DNA of 15,506 nucleotides from a virus. Taxonomy: Duplodnaviria > Heunggongvirae > Uroviricota > Caudoviricetes. The stretch is taken from positions 1 to 15,506 of IMG/VR virus record IMGVR_UViG_2703718798_000014; one strand, 5' to 3'. Each line of letters opens with the position of its first letter. Position 1 is the stretch's first letter. This document shows, piece by piece, positions 1 through 7,236 of the stretch. Under the pieces are notes generated by a model, which worked only from the letters and a program-made list of their open reading frames with translations, did no database searches and was not told the origin of the DNA. The position numbers were made by a program, and so were the translations under genes.

Positions 1-440
1 GGCGCTCCCCTTCATTGGCAGATTGATTATGCCTGAGGATCTCTAAATGCGAATTGCACGATTATACGAAGTACTTAACAACGTTTTATAGAAGCTTACG
101 CTCCAACCTCTCTATCTGTAGTCTGTTACAGACTAATGATGCAGTAATCTGCAAAAAATGACCAACCAATAATGGAATATCACTACAGGTTAATCACTAT
201 TGTCAGATACAAACTGCATTTATGGTATAAAGGTATGTGATCTTTTCTATCCATACTTGGTCCGGCGTGATAATACTGAAGCCTTCTTACAAAAGGTTGT
301 ATGATACAGGCTGGTCATATTTATATGACCCGATTCTCTGCTGGCTACGCCAGCTACCACGTAAGCCGGGAAAATGACTTGAGGGTAAATTTGCATCTGC
401 AAGCCACTTCCCCTAATCTAGCACAAAATATAGAGATTCA

Positions 441-491
441 ACCAAACGACTCGGGGTGCCCTTCTGCGTGAAGGCTGAGAAATACCCGTAT
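441..491 (+). ncRNA. 5' portion of a TPP (THI-box) riboswitch aptamer, thiM-leader-like, truncated after ...GAGAAATACCCGTAT
   Basis: 441-491 (AACCAAACGACTCGGGGTGCCCTTCTGCGTGAAGGCTGAGAAATACCCGTAT) matches the E. coli thiM leader as I recall it, including the CUGAGA element. The expected continuation (CACCUGAUCUGG...GCGUAGGGAA) is absent; sequence diverges at 492. From memory, not a search. Confidence 0.6.
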
Positions 492-576
492 TTTCTCATT
501 TAGTGTTTTTTGCGGTTCGGGGGTGTTCGTGGTTGTTTGTGTATGTATTTGATATTAAATGAATTATTCTATTTTC

Positions 577-644
577 TTGTTTGTTGTTGTTCGTCGTTGT
601 TCGTAGAGCTTCAACAAAATGTGTGGTCAGTTGTGTGGTCAGTT
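577..644. repeat. Left copy of a ~75-bp imperfect direct repeat (triple TTGTT box plus tandem GTGTGGTCAGTT x2), 36 bp upstream of int
   Basis: 566-643 aligns with 15423-15497 with about 6 mismatches; tandem 12-mer GTGTGGTCAGTT at 621-632 and 633-644. Confidence 0.7.
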
Positions 645-679
645 TTTTGAGGCTGGAGGACTGAAAAGAGGATCTGATA

Positions 680-1915
680 GTGGGAAAAGCACTAAACAAA
701 CTGAGCGATTCGACGTTAAAAAAATTGGCGGCTGTCCAGGCAGAAAAAGAGCGTTTTTACTCCGACGGGGGCGGGCTGGAGATTAAACACTCAAAAGGCG
801 GCAAATTAACCTGGTATTTTCGGTACCGAACGGGAGGCCGTGAGGTCGCCGCAGAGCGGTTAAAGCTGGGGGCTTACCCTGAGCTGTCGCTGAAAGCTGC
901 TAGGGAAAAACGCACACAGTGCCGGTCATGGCTGGCTGAGGGTAAAAATCCCCGTTATGAGTTGTGCGCCACAGTACAGGAAGCATTAAAACCCGTTACG
1001 GTGAAGGAGGCGATTAACTACTGGCTGGAGGAATACGCGAAGGATAATCGCAAAGACTACATAAAACTGGTGCAACGTATGGATAAGCACATCATTTGCC
1101 ATATAGGGGCAATCCCTCTTGATAAATGCGATACAAGGCAGTGGATCGCATGTTTTGACCGTGTACGAAAAAAAGCACCAGTAGCAGCAGGGCACGTCAT
1201 GCAAACCTGCAAACAGGCGCTAAAGTTCTGCCGCAGGAGGCGCTACGCGTTCAGTAATGCCCTGGACGATTTGATCGTCAGCGATGTGGGTAAGAGAGCA
1301 GAAATTCGCGAGAGGGTACACAGTAACAGCGAATTAAAGGAAATTTTACGCGCTATCGATGGTGATGTGTTCGCGCCTTACTACAGCGCGTTAATGCGCT
1401 TGCTGATTGTGTTCGGGTGCAGAACGGCAGAGGTCAGACTTTCAGAGATCAAAGAATGGGATCTGAAAGAAATGTTGTGGACAGTGCCAAAAGAGCACAG
1501 CAAAACGAAGGTAACGATATTCAGGCCAATCCCCGATGGCATTTTGCCGTTCATTCAGAAGCTGGTGGAGCAGAACCGACATACAGGGTTATTGCTCGGA
1601 GAACTGAAAAAAGATACCACGGTAGCGCAATATGGGCGAAATGCGCATAAGCGGCTTAACCAGGAACACTGGTCGCTGCATGACTTTCGCCACACGTTTA
1701 CAACGATGATGAACGATTTAGGTGTCGATCCGCATATCGTGGAGCACATCACAGCGCATCAGATGCCCGGTCAGCAAAAAACCTATAACCATTCACGCTA
1801 TTTACAGGCAAAGCGTGACGCCCTTAATCTATGGGTAGACCGTCTCGAGCTTCTCCAGAACAATGATGAAAAAATCGTTGTTATGATCCCGCGAATTTAC
1901 ACCCAAAATTCTTGA
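680..1915 (+). CDS. int: Tyrosine recombinase / phage integrase (P4-type, N-terminal arm-binding domain)
   Basis: 411 aa ORF with GTG start and AAGAGG RBS 8 nt upstream. C-terminal catalytic signature HDFRHTF...HITAH...YNHSRY (R/H-x-x-R/H, tyrosine). Lies at the island edge next to the junction. Confidence 0.9.
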   Translation: MGKALNKLSDSTLKKLAAVQAEKERFYSDGGGLEIKHSKGGKLTWYFRYRTGGREVAAERLKLGAYPELSLKAAREKRTQCRSWLAEGKNPRYELCATVQEALKPVTVKEAINYWLEEYAKDNRKDYIKLVQRMDKHIICHIGAIPLDKCDTRQWIACFDRVRKKAPVAAGHVMQTCKQALKFCRRRRYAFSNALDDLIVSDVGKRAEIRERVHSNSELKEILRAIDGDVFAPYYSALMRLLIVFGCRTAEVRLSEIKEWDLKEMLWTVPKEHSKTKVTIFRPIPDGILPFIQKLVEQNRHTGLLLGELKKDTTVAQYGRNAHKRLNQEHWSLHDFRHTFTTMMNDLGVDPHIVEHITAHQMPGQQKTYNHSRYLQAKRDALNLWVDRLELLQNNDEKIVVMIPRIYTQNS

Positions 1916-1958
1916 CAAATTACGGCTGTTTTTCTTGCGAAAAATGGCCCTCTAAAAT

Positions 1959-1991
1959 AAATCGTCGAATATCGGCAAATATCGACGATTT
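1959..1991. promoter_or_regulatory. Inverted repeat with perfect 10-bp arms (AAATCGTCGA / TCGACGATTT, 14-bp spacer) downstream of int
   Basis: Arms at 1959-1968 and 1982-1991 are exact reverse complements. No clear U-run follows, so a protein-binding site is as likely as a terminator. Confidence 0.35.
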
Positions 1992-2323
1992 ATATGTGTC
2001 AAGTATTGAAAAAATTTGAAATGTCTTCTTCTGAGTTCTTATTCTCTGTTTCTTGATTGTTCCAACACCTGATGGTTTATCTATTTGTTTTTAATGAGGT
2101 AACTCAGGTGTCATGCCAAATGACGACATTTTTTGTTGCGTCGCTTAAAAACTCGTGACACGATTTCATGAACAGCAGCAAACTCTAGAGAACTTTGACG
2201 AACATAAAGTTCAGAAAGGTTACGTATTCAATTTAAGAGGTGAAAAAAGCTAAGAAGTAATCTTTTCCCGTATATCCACAGCGAAACAAAAATTTCTATA
2301 CGTAATTTTATGTAGGGCTTTTT

Positions 2324-2518
2324 ATGCGCGAAATAAATGAAGATCGTGTAATCCGCGAAAAAGAATGCAGAGAGCTAACAGGCGTTTGCCGCACAACTCG
2401 TTACGAGATGGAAAAACAAGGCCGCTTTCCCTCCCGTATCAGTCTTGGCGGTCGTTCGGTTGGCTGGATTAAGTCTGAGGTTGTCGCCTGGGTCAAAAAC
2501 CGCGAACGCGTCAATTAA
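2324..2518 (+). CDS. alpA: AlpA-family (Xis-like, MerR-type winged helix) transcriptional regulator
   Basis: 64 aa; motif ELTGVCRTTRYEMEKQGRFPSRISLGGRSVGWIKSEVVAWV matches the AlpA pattern TG..R.T.Y....G.FP....LG.R.VGW..SE...W. Position immediately after int is typical of P4-like elements and PICIs. Confidence 0.85.
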   Translation: MREINEDRVIREKECRELTGVCRTTRYEMEKQGRFPSRISLGGRSVGWIKSEVVAWVKNRERVN

Positions 2519-2550
2519 GAATATTCATTCTTTAAATTCCGTCCGTGTTT

Positions 2551-2577
2551 TTGTTTGTACTTGTTCGCGGTTGTTCG
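2551..2577 (+). promoter_or_regulatory. Triple-box module TTGTTTGTAC-TTGTTCGCGG-TTGTTCG (10-bp register)
   Basis: Boxes begin at 2551, 2561, 2571. The same module recurs at 577-603, 15426-15452 and, in variant form, 7910-7936; a looser copy at 514-540. Followed by SD TAAGGAG (2608-2614) and ATG 2624. Confidence 0.55.
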
Positions 2578-2676
2578 TGAAGAAAAGAAGCGGCGCGTAT
2601 GCACCGCTAAGGAGTTTATTTTCATGACTTATGCAGCTTTCAATCTTAGCACCGCCGTAGCTGGTGGACAAGGCTA

Positions 2677-2904
2677 TCAGCCAGGCGGTCGGTTTTTGCC
2701 GGATTTAAGCCGCCGTGGGTATTTCTCGACAAAATCTTCAAGGGCAAATTTTTCTGGTGGCACTAAGCGCGGCGCTGGTGGTGGTATTTTTGTTCTGGTT
2801 AGTTCTTCCTCAAGTCTGGCGCAGGCTTCTGACTGCCTTTGCCGGATGATTTCATCATCTTGCGTTTGCGTGTCTTGTATTGGTGATAGTGTGTTGTTGG
2901 TCAT
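2677..2904 (-). CDS. Hypothetical protein (75 aa), second gene of leftward regulatory pair
   Basis: ORF downstream of and co-directional with the RHH gene; charged, helical-looking composition; weak RBS. No recognised domain. Confidence 0.4.
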   Translation of the reverse strand: MTNNTLSPIQDTQTQDDEIIRQRQSEACARLEEELTRTKIPPPAPRLVPPEKFALEDFVEKYPRRLKSGKNRPPG

Positions 2905-2961
2905 GATACTGCCCTGTAAAGCAATGCGCCGGAGTACCTCACACCACGGCGCTGATAGTGA

Positions 2962-3141
2962 TTATTCTGATTCTTTGGCCTTACGGCGCTGGCGGCGTTT
3001 GATCTCGCCTCGCATGGCTGTAACGATAAATTGCGCAGTGCTCTCGCCTGTTTCTTTTACTTGCTCCATAGCCTCAACAACTTCATGCGGGGCGCGAGCC
3101 TGTAATTTCTGTGATTTGTTATTGATATGGTCTCTTTCCAT
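2962..3141 (-). CDS. Ribbon-helix-helix (CopG/Arc/MetJ-like) DNA-binding protein, candidate island repressor
   Basis: 59 aa ORF, below the ORF-track length cutoff, translated by hand: MERDHINNKSQKLQARAPHEVVEAMEQVKETGESTAQFIVTAMRGEIKRRQRRKAKESE. Segment LQARAPHEVVEAMEQVKETGESTAQFIVTAM fits the RHH beta-strand/helix A/G-x-S turn/helix B pattern. AGGGA RBS 8 nt upstream. Start abuts a triple-palindrome operator. Confidence 0.5.
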   Translation of the reverse strand: MERDHINNKSQKLQARAPHEVVEAMEQVKETGESTAQFIVTAMRGEIKRRQRRKAKESE

Positions 3142-3157
3142 TTCTGGTTCCCTTTGT

Positions 3158-3259
3158 GATTACTGGAATCCAGTATACACGAAAAAGACCAAAACAAAAC
3201 GCTTGAAGTGGATTCCACTTAGTGATTATACTGGAATCCAGTTGAGTGTTTATCACTCA
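3158..3259. promoter_or_regulatory. Divergent promoter/operator region: three related palindromes (ACTGGAaTCCAGT x2, AAGTGGAtTCCACTT) plus IR TTGAGTG-N5-CACTCAA; candidate rightward promoter TTGAAG-N18-TATACT
   Basis: Perfect palindromes at 3163-3175, 3206-3220, 3230-3242. O1 and O3 sit in ~22-bp direct repeats (TGATTA(TA)CTGGAATCCAGT). -35 TTGAAG 3203-3208 and -10 TATACT 3227-3232 are overlapped by O2 and O3. A second TATACT on the minus strand (complement of 3173-3178) could serve the RHH gene. Confidence 0.5.
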
Positions 3260-3338
3260 ATGCAAACGAGGCTGAAAAGGATTGCCGTCCTTTCGCAGCC
3301 TCTGACCACCAACGATAGCGAAAGTATCGAGGTAGCTA

Positions 3339-3538
3339 TGAGAAATCATACCACACACCCGCAAGGGCGGGACTCGCACAACCTGAATAAATTCACCTGG
3401 CGCTTTATGCAGTGCCTGACAGACAGCATTGCAATATTCACCGTTACCGCTGCCACTGAACGCGAAGCCCGCGCCCAGTTGCCGCACGCACATCTGATTT
3501 TTGTCGCCCGTATTCGTCAGGGGGTGTGCCATGCCTGA
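3339..3538 (+). CDS. Hypothetical protein (66 aa; alternative start 3260 gives 93 aa), first gene of rightward operon
   Basis: GAGGT RBS 5 nt upstream of ATG 3339; E. coli-preferred codons; stop overlaps next gene start (coupling). Strand assignment is uncertain: an antisense ORF (3257-3532) covers the same DNA. Confidence 0.35.
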
Positions 3539-3851
3539 TATGTCAAATTACCAGTACCTGATTAATCCGCATTTTAAGTGTGATCATGATATTGCTAAGA
3601 AGGTTTATTCCGCTGCTGATGGGGCTACTGACAATATATCAATGGGTATTGCGTCAATTGGTAGCCTTATGTTTCATGCGTCAGAAAATGAGGAATATGA
3701 CGAAAAGGCCATGCGCATTGATATGGGTAATATCGGTTTGTTACTGGCAATGCTTGGACATTTTGATATTTCGTTACGGTGCACCATTGAAAATGCCACA
3801 GATGCATTAAATGCCATAAAGAAAGCGAATACTGATTCAAATCGGGGATAA
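3531..3851 (+). CDS. Hypothetical protein (106 aa)
   Basis: ATG 3531 with AGGGGG RBS 6 nt upstream; overlaps previous stop. No recognised motif. Confidence 0.5.
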   Translation: MPDMSNYQYLINPHFKCDHDIAKKVYSAADGATDNISMGIASIGSLMFHASENEEYDEKAMRIDMGNIGLLLAMLGHFDISLRCTIENATDALNAIKKANTDSNRG

Positions 3852-3857
3852 ATAATC

Positions 3858-4157
3858 ATGAGAACGTATTTATCTGGCTTGACTGCCAGCGGTTATGCAC
3901 ATCCAAAAATTATCCCCGGCGCTATTTATCGGGATAAGAACGGCAACAGAGTAACAGTAAAATCGATAATGTTTGACCGTGTGTATTTTATTCGTGATGG
4001 CTATTCATTTCATAGCTCGCTGAACGTGGAGATCTTTATTTGCAGATTCCGGCGGGAAATTCCGCCTTCCAGAAATAACCATGTGTCATGTATGGATGTT
4101 GATAAAAAACTACAGGAACTGAAAAACATGATTGCCGCGTGGAGAGAGCAGAAATGA
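3858..4157 (+). CDS. Hypothetical protein (99 aa)
   Basis: ATG 3858 with GGGGA RBS; stop overlaps primase start (ATGA). Confidence 0.5.
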   Translation: MRTYLSGLTASGYAHPKIIPGAIYRDKNGNRVTVKSIMFDRVYFIRDGYSFHSSLNVEIFICRFRREIPPSRNNHVSCMDVDKKLQELKNMIAAWREQK

Positions 4158-5971
4158 AAAAAGCGCCAAATTTAAAACACCAGCCACGTGACAAAATGAC
4201 GGAAGTCATCATTTTTGCGGGTAGTGATGCGTGGGCACATGCGAAGCAGTGGCAGGAACAGGACGGGCGACTGGCTGGCGATAACGTGCCACCTGTCTGG
4301 CTTGGAGAGCAACAACTTGCCGAACTGGACAACCTGCAAATCGTACCGGACGGACGCTATCGCGTGCGTCTCTATCAGGCGGGGTTATTGCGTTCGGGGC
4401 TTGTTAATACCATCGGGCAGAAACTGGCAGCGGCAGGTGTCAGGGATGCTGATTATTACCCTGAAGGAATGCACAGCCAGAAACGGGAGAACTGGCGCGA
4501 ATATCTGGAACGTGAGCGGGGAGATCTGACGGAAAAGAAAAAGGTAGTTGAACTGCCTGTAAAGAAAAAAGAGCGGGTAAAAGACGATAACGCTTCATCA
4601 CTGGCGCTTAACCAGATGGGAGCAAGTCAACGCGGCGAAGTTCTCCTGGCACATTATGGCGGTGAACTGGCGATTAATGCTGACTCTGACACTGTTCACC
4701 ATTACAACGGCGTTGTATGGGAGCCAGTACAGGATAAAGAATTACAGCGAGCTATGGCACAGATTTTCATTGATGCGGAGATCAGCTATTCGCAGAACGC
4801 CATTAAATCGGCGGTCGATACCATGAAGTTAAGTTTGCCTGTAATGGGGAATACAGCCCGTAACCTGATTGGATTCAGTAACGGGGTATTTGATACCCGT
4901 ACAGGTGATTTCCGTGAACACGATAAAAATGACTGGCTGTTAATTGCCAGTGAGTTACCGTTCACTCCACCAGCAGAAGGTGAAACGCTGGCAACACATG
5001 CGCCGAATTTCTGGAAGTGGTTACGCCGTTCGGTGGCTGAGAATGACCGCAAGGCAGATCGCGTTCTGGCAGCGTTATTTATGGTGCTGGCGAACCGGTA
5101 CGACTGGCAGTTATTCATTGAGGTAACAGGTCCAGGGGGAAGTGGTAAAAGCGTGATGGCGGAGATTTGCACCATGCTGGCGGGTAAGGCCAACACAGTA
5201 TCGGCAAGCATGAAGGCGCTGGAAGATGCAAGGGAACGCGCGTTAGTGGTTGGCTTTTCGCTGATTATCATGCCGGATATGACCCGCTACGCTGGTGATG
5301 GGGCAGGAATTAAGGCCATTACAGGCGGTGACAAGGTGGCAATTGACCCGAAACACAAAGCCCCCTACTCAACGCGTATTCCGGCAGTAGTGCTGGCGGT
5401 TAACAATAACGCCATGTCATTCAGTGACCGCAGCGGGGGGATCTCGCGCCGTCGGGTGATATTCAATTTTTCGGAAGTTGTACCGGAGAACGAACGCGAT
5501 TCAATGCTGGCGGAAAAAATAGAAGGTGAGCTGGCGGTAGTGATTCGTCATCTGCTTACACGGTTTGCTGACCAGGACGAAGCCAGACGCCTTTTATATG
5601 AGCAGCAGAAATCAGAAGAAGCACTCGCGATAAAGCGTGAAGGTGATTCGCTGGTGGACTTCTGCGGCTATCTCATGGCGTCGGTAATGTGTGATGGCCT
5701 GTTAGTGGGTAATGCTGAAATTGTGCCATTCAGCCCGCGCAGGTATCTCTATCATGCCTATCTGGCTTATATGAAGGCACATGGGTTTGGTAAACCTGTA
5801 ACACTGACGCGCTTCGGTAAAGATATGCCGGGGGCAATGGCGGAATATGGCAGGGAGTATATGAAACGGAAAACGAAGCACGGTTTGCGTTCAAACGTGA
5901 CACTGACGGAGGAATCAGAAGACTGGATGCCGTCATGTGTATCGGTCACTAATGACGATAGCAAAAATTAA
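4154..5971 (+). CDS. DNA primase/helicase, P4-family (SF3 helicase-type NTPase)
   Basis: 605 aa from ATG 4154 (GGAGAG RBS 7 nt upstream; the track start 4139 is an upstream GTG). Walker A GPGGSGKS in ...FIEVTGPGGSGKSVMAEI...; Walker B-like LIIMPD. Followed directly by an iteron array of the P4 ori type. Confidence 0.85.
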   Translation: MKKAPNLKHQPRDKMTEVIIFAGSDAWAHAKQWQEQDGRLAGDNVPPVWLGEQQLAELDNLQIVPDGRYRVRLYQAGLLRSGLVNTIGQKLAAAGVRDADYYPEGMHSQKRENWREYLERERGDLTEKKKVVELPVKKKERVKDDNASSLALNQMGASQRGEVLLAHYGGELAINADSDTVHHYNGVVWEPVQDKELQRAMAQIFIDAEISYSQNAIKSAVDTMKLSLPVMGNTARNLIGFSNGVFDTRTGDFREHDKNDWLLIASELPFTPPAEGETLATHAPNFWKWLRRSVAENDRKADRVLAALFMVLANRYDWQLFIEVTGPGGSGKSVMAEICTMLAGKANTVSASMKALEDARERALVVGFSLIIMPDMTRYAGDGAGIKAITGGDKVAIDPKHKAPYSTRIPAVVLAVNNNAMSFSDRSGGISRRRVIFNFSEVVPENERDSMLAEKIEGELAVVIRHLLTRFADQDEARRLLYEQQKSEEALAIKREGDSLVDFCGYLMASVMCDGLLVGNAEIVPFSPRRYLYHAYLAYMKAHGFGKPVTLTRFGKDMPGAMAEYGREYMKRKTKHGLRSNVTLTEESEDWMPSCVSVTNDDSKN

Positions 5972-5984
5972 ACTTATGGAATAA

Positions 5985-6213
5985 CTGTTCACCACTGTTC
6001 ACCCTGTCATAAATATCTTTTATATCAGTATATTATAGGGTGAACAGTTATTTATGAACTGTTCACCAAACTATTCACTGTTCACCTTTTTGATTGTTTA
6101 TTGAGCTTCAAGGGTGAACAGTGGTGAACAGTTGGTGAATAGTTTTTGTGAAACTGTTCACCCCTTAACATTATGAATTAAAAGATAAAATATCAAAAGG
6201 TGAACAGGTGAAG
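5985..6213. repeat. Replication origin: at least 9 exact copies of the octamer core TGTTCACC / GGTGAACA in both orientations (plus degenerate copies), flanking an AT-rich segment
   Basis: Direct (CTGTTCACC) at 5985, 5995, 6059, 6078, 6154, with degenerate 6071. Inverted (GGTGAACAG) at 6039, 6113, 6123, 6199, with degenerate 6134 and 6208. AT-rich 6010-6038. Octamer matches the P4 ori/crr type I iteron as I recall it. Confidence 0.75.
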
Positions 6214-6258
6214 GGTTAAAACGCAAAAATTTTAATTTACTGCTGTGAGATAAAGCCT

Positions 6259-6504
6259 ATGACAGCGAAGCACACAAAAAAATCACAATCGCACGCCCTT
6301 GATTTGACGGAACACTGGTTAAGGGTGTCGATAAAAATCATCGACCGCAACGCCGGGGAAGGATATGCGAAAGCACATCCCGAACTGATTAGCGCATTCA
6401 TGACAACGGCAGCTGCAAACTTTGCCACGCTGACAGAACGGGAGATTGCCGAAGCGGAACAGGTAACAACCATCAACGTTAAAACCGGAGAGGTGGAATC
6501 ATGA
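6259..6504 (+). CDS. Hypothetical protein (81 aa)
   Basis: First ORF after ori; no clear RBS; stop overlaps next start. Confidence 0.45.
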   Translation: MTAKHTKKSQSHALDLTEHWLRVSIKIIDRNAGEGYAKAHPELISAFMTTAAANFATLTEREIAEAEQVTTINVKTGEVES

Positions 6505-6806
6505 GCGAACCAAAATTTGGTGAAAAATTTTACAAGCACAACGGACGGATCACGATTCTGCAAATAAGCGCAGCTACACCAGGCTGGTGGGTTGAAACAG
6601 ACGAAGGATCCTCACCTGTGGCATCATGGGCGCTTTGTGTGCTTAGTTACCCTGACCGCGATGTGTATCAGGATATTCTGCCTGTGATATCCACTGACAA
6701 AGGCATGAAACCCGTAGACATCAAAAACATGGGTTTTCAGTGTGTAATGCTCACTGAAAAAATGATGGAAGAGATGAAAAAGAACAACGCCGGATCGCTT
6801 CACTGA
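6501..6806 (+). CDS. Hypothetical protein (101 aa)
   Basis: GGAGAGGTGG RBS; ATGA overlap with previous gene. Confidence 0.55.
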   Translation: MSEPKFGEKFYKHNGRITILQISAATPGWWVETDEGSSPVASWALCVLSYPDRDVYQDILPVISTDKGMKPVDIKNMGFQCVMLTEKMMEEMKKNNAGSLH

Positions 6807-6815
6807 GGTGGCAAT

Positions 6816-7226
6816 ATGACAGCACAAATTGCAGCTTACGGGCGGCTGGTGGACGACCCGCAGGTAAAACAGACCAGTAAGGGCACACCGATGACGCTGG
6901 CGCGTATGGCGGTATCGTTGCCATGTAGTCAGGCGCAGGATGGGCAGGCGACGTTATGGCTATCGGTCATCGCATTTGGTAAGCAGGCCGACTTCCTGGC
7001 TAAACATCAAAAAGGCGACGTTGCCAGCGTATCCGGCACGATGCAGGTCAGCCAGTGGACCGGACAGAACGGGGAAACGCGGCAGGGTTATCAGGTTATT
7101 GCAGACAGCGTAATCAGTGCCCGTGCGGCACGTCCTGGCGGGAACAGACGCAAAACCACAGGCACACAGGGTAATCAGCCACCAGCGGGAGGCGATGACC
7201 CTTACGGTGACGGTATTCCGTTCTGA
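6816..7226 (+). CDS. ssb: Single-stranded DNA-binding protein (OB-fold, SSB family) with short C-terminal ...DDPYGDGIPF tail
   Basis: GAGGTGG RBS. N-terminal YGRLVDDPQV...; core WLSVIAFGKQADFLAKHQKGDVASVSGTMQVSQWTGQNGETRQ aligns by eye with E. coli SSB (W..V..FGK.A....KG......G....WT...G); C-terminal GIPF resembles the DIPF tip. Confidence 0.75.
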   Translation: MTAQIAAYGRLVDDPQVKQTSKGTPMTLARMAVSLPCSQAQDGQATLWLSVIAFGKQADFLAKHQKGDVASVSGTMQVSQWTGQNGETRQGYQVIADSVISARAARPGGNRRKTTGTQGNQPPAGGDDPYGDGIPF

Positions 7227-7236
7227 GGGGGTGGCG

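Noticed and set aside
119-135. Host-flank palindrome as a LexA (SOS) box
   Set aside because: CTGT and ACAG are separated by 1 bp, not the 8 bp of the LexA consensus CTGT-N8-ACAG.
1912-1941. TTGACA hexamer overlapping the int stop as a promoter -35
   Set aside because: No acceptable -10 hexamer at 16-18 bp spacing (TTGCGA / TGCGAA).
2060-2076. CACCTGAT 8-mer resembling the start of the missing 3' half of the TPP riboswitch
   Set aside because: Match is only 8 nt and lacks the GCGUAGGGAA pyrophosphate-binding element; consistent with chance.
3257-3532. 91-aa minus-strand ORF overlapping the first rightward gene
   Set aside because: No usable RBS (AGG only 2 nt from the ATG), while the plus-strand alternative has GAGGT at good spacing and is translationally coupled to the next gene. 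Strand remains somewhat uncertain.
2555-3538. 327-aa plus-strand ORF from the six-frame track
   Set aside because: Product is low-complexity and Cys/Ser-rich, uses more rare codons than the minus-strand genes, and would read through three operator palindromes and two promoters. Interpreted as an antisense shadow; only its 3' part (3339-3538) is kept, tentatively.
4215-5964. Several 60-160 aa ORFs inside or antisense to the primase gene (4215-4529, 4786-5271, 4944-5126, 5730-5936, 5767-5964)
   Set aside because: Fully contained in the 605-aa primase ORF, which has a Walker A motif and continuous protein-like sequence; typical shadow ORFs.
5985-6213. Possibility that the short-repeat cluster is a CRISPR array
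   Set aside because: Repeat units are only 8-9 bp, occur in both orientations with irregular spacing and no uniform spacers; this is an iteron origin, not CRISPR.
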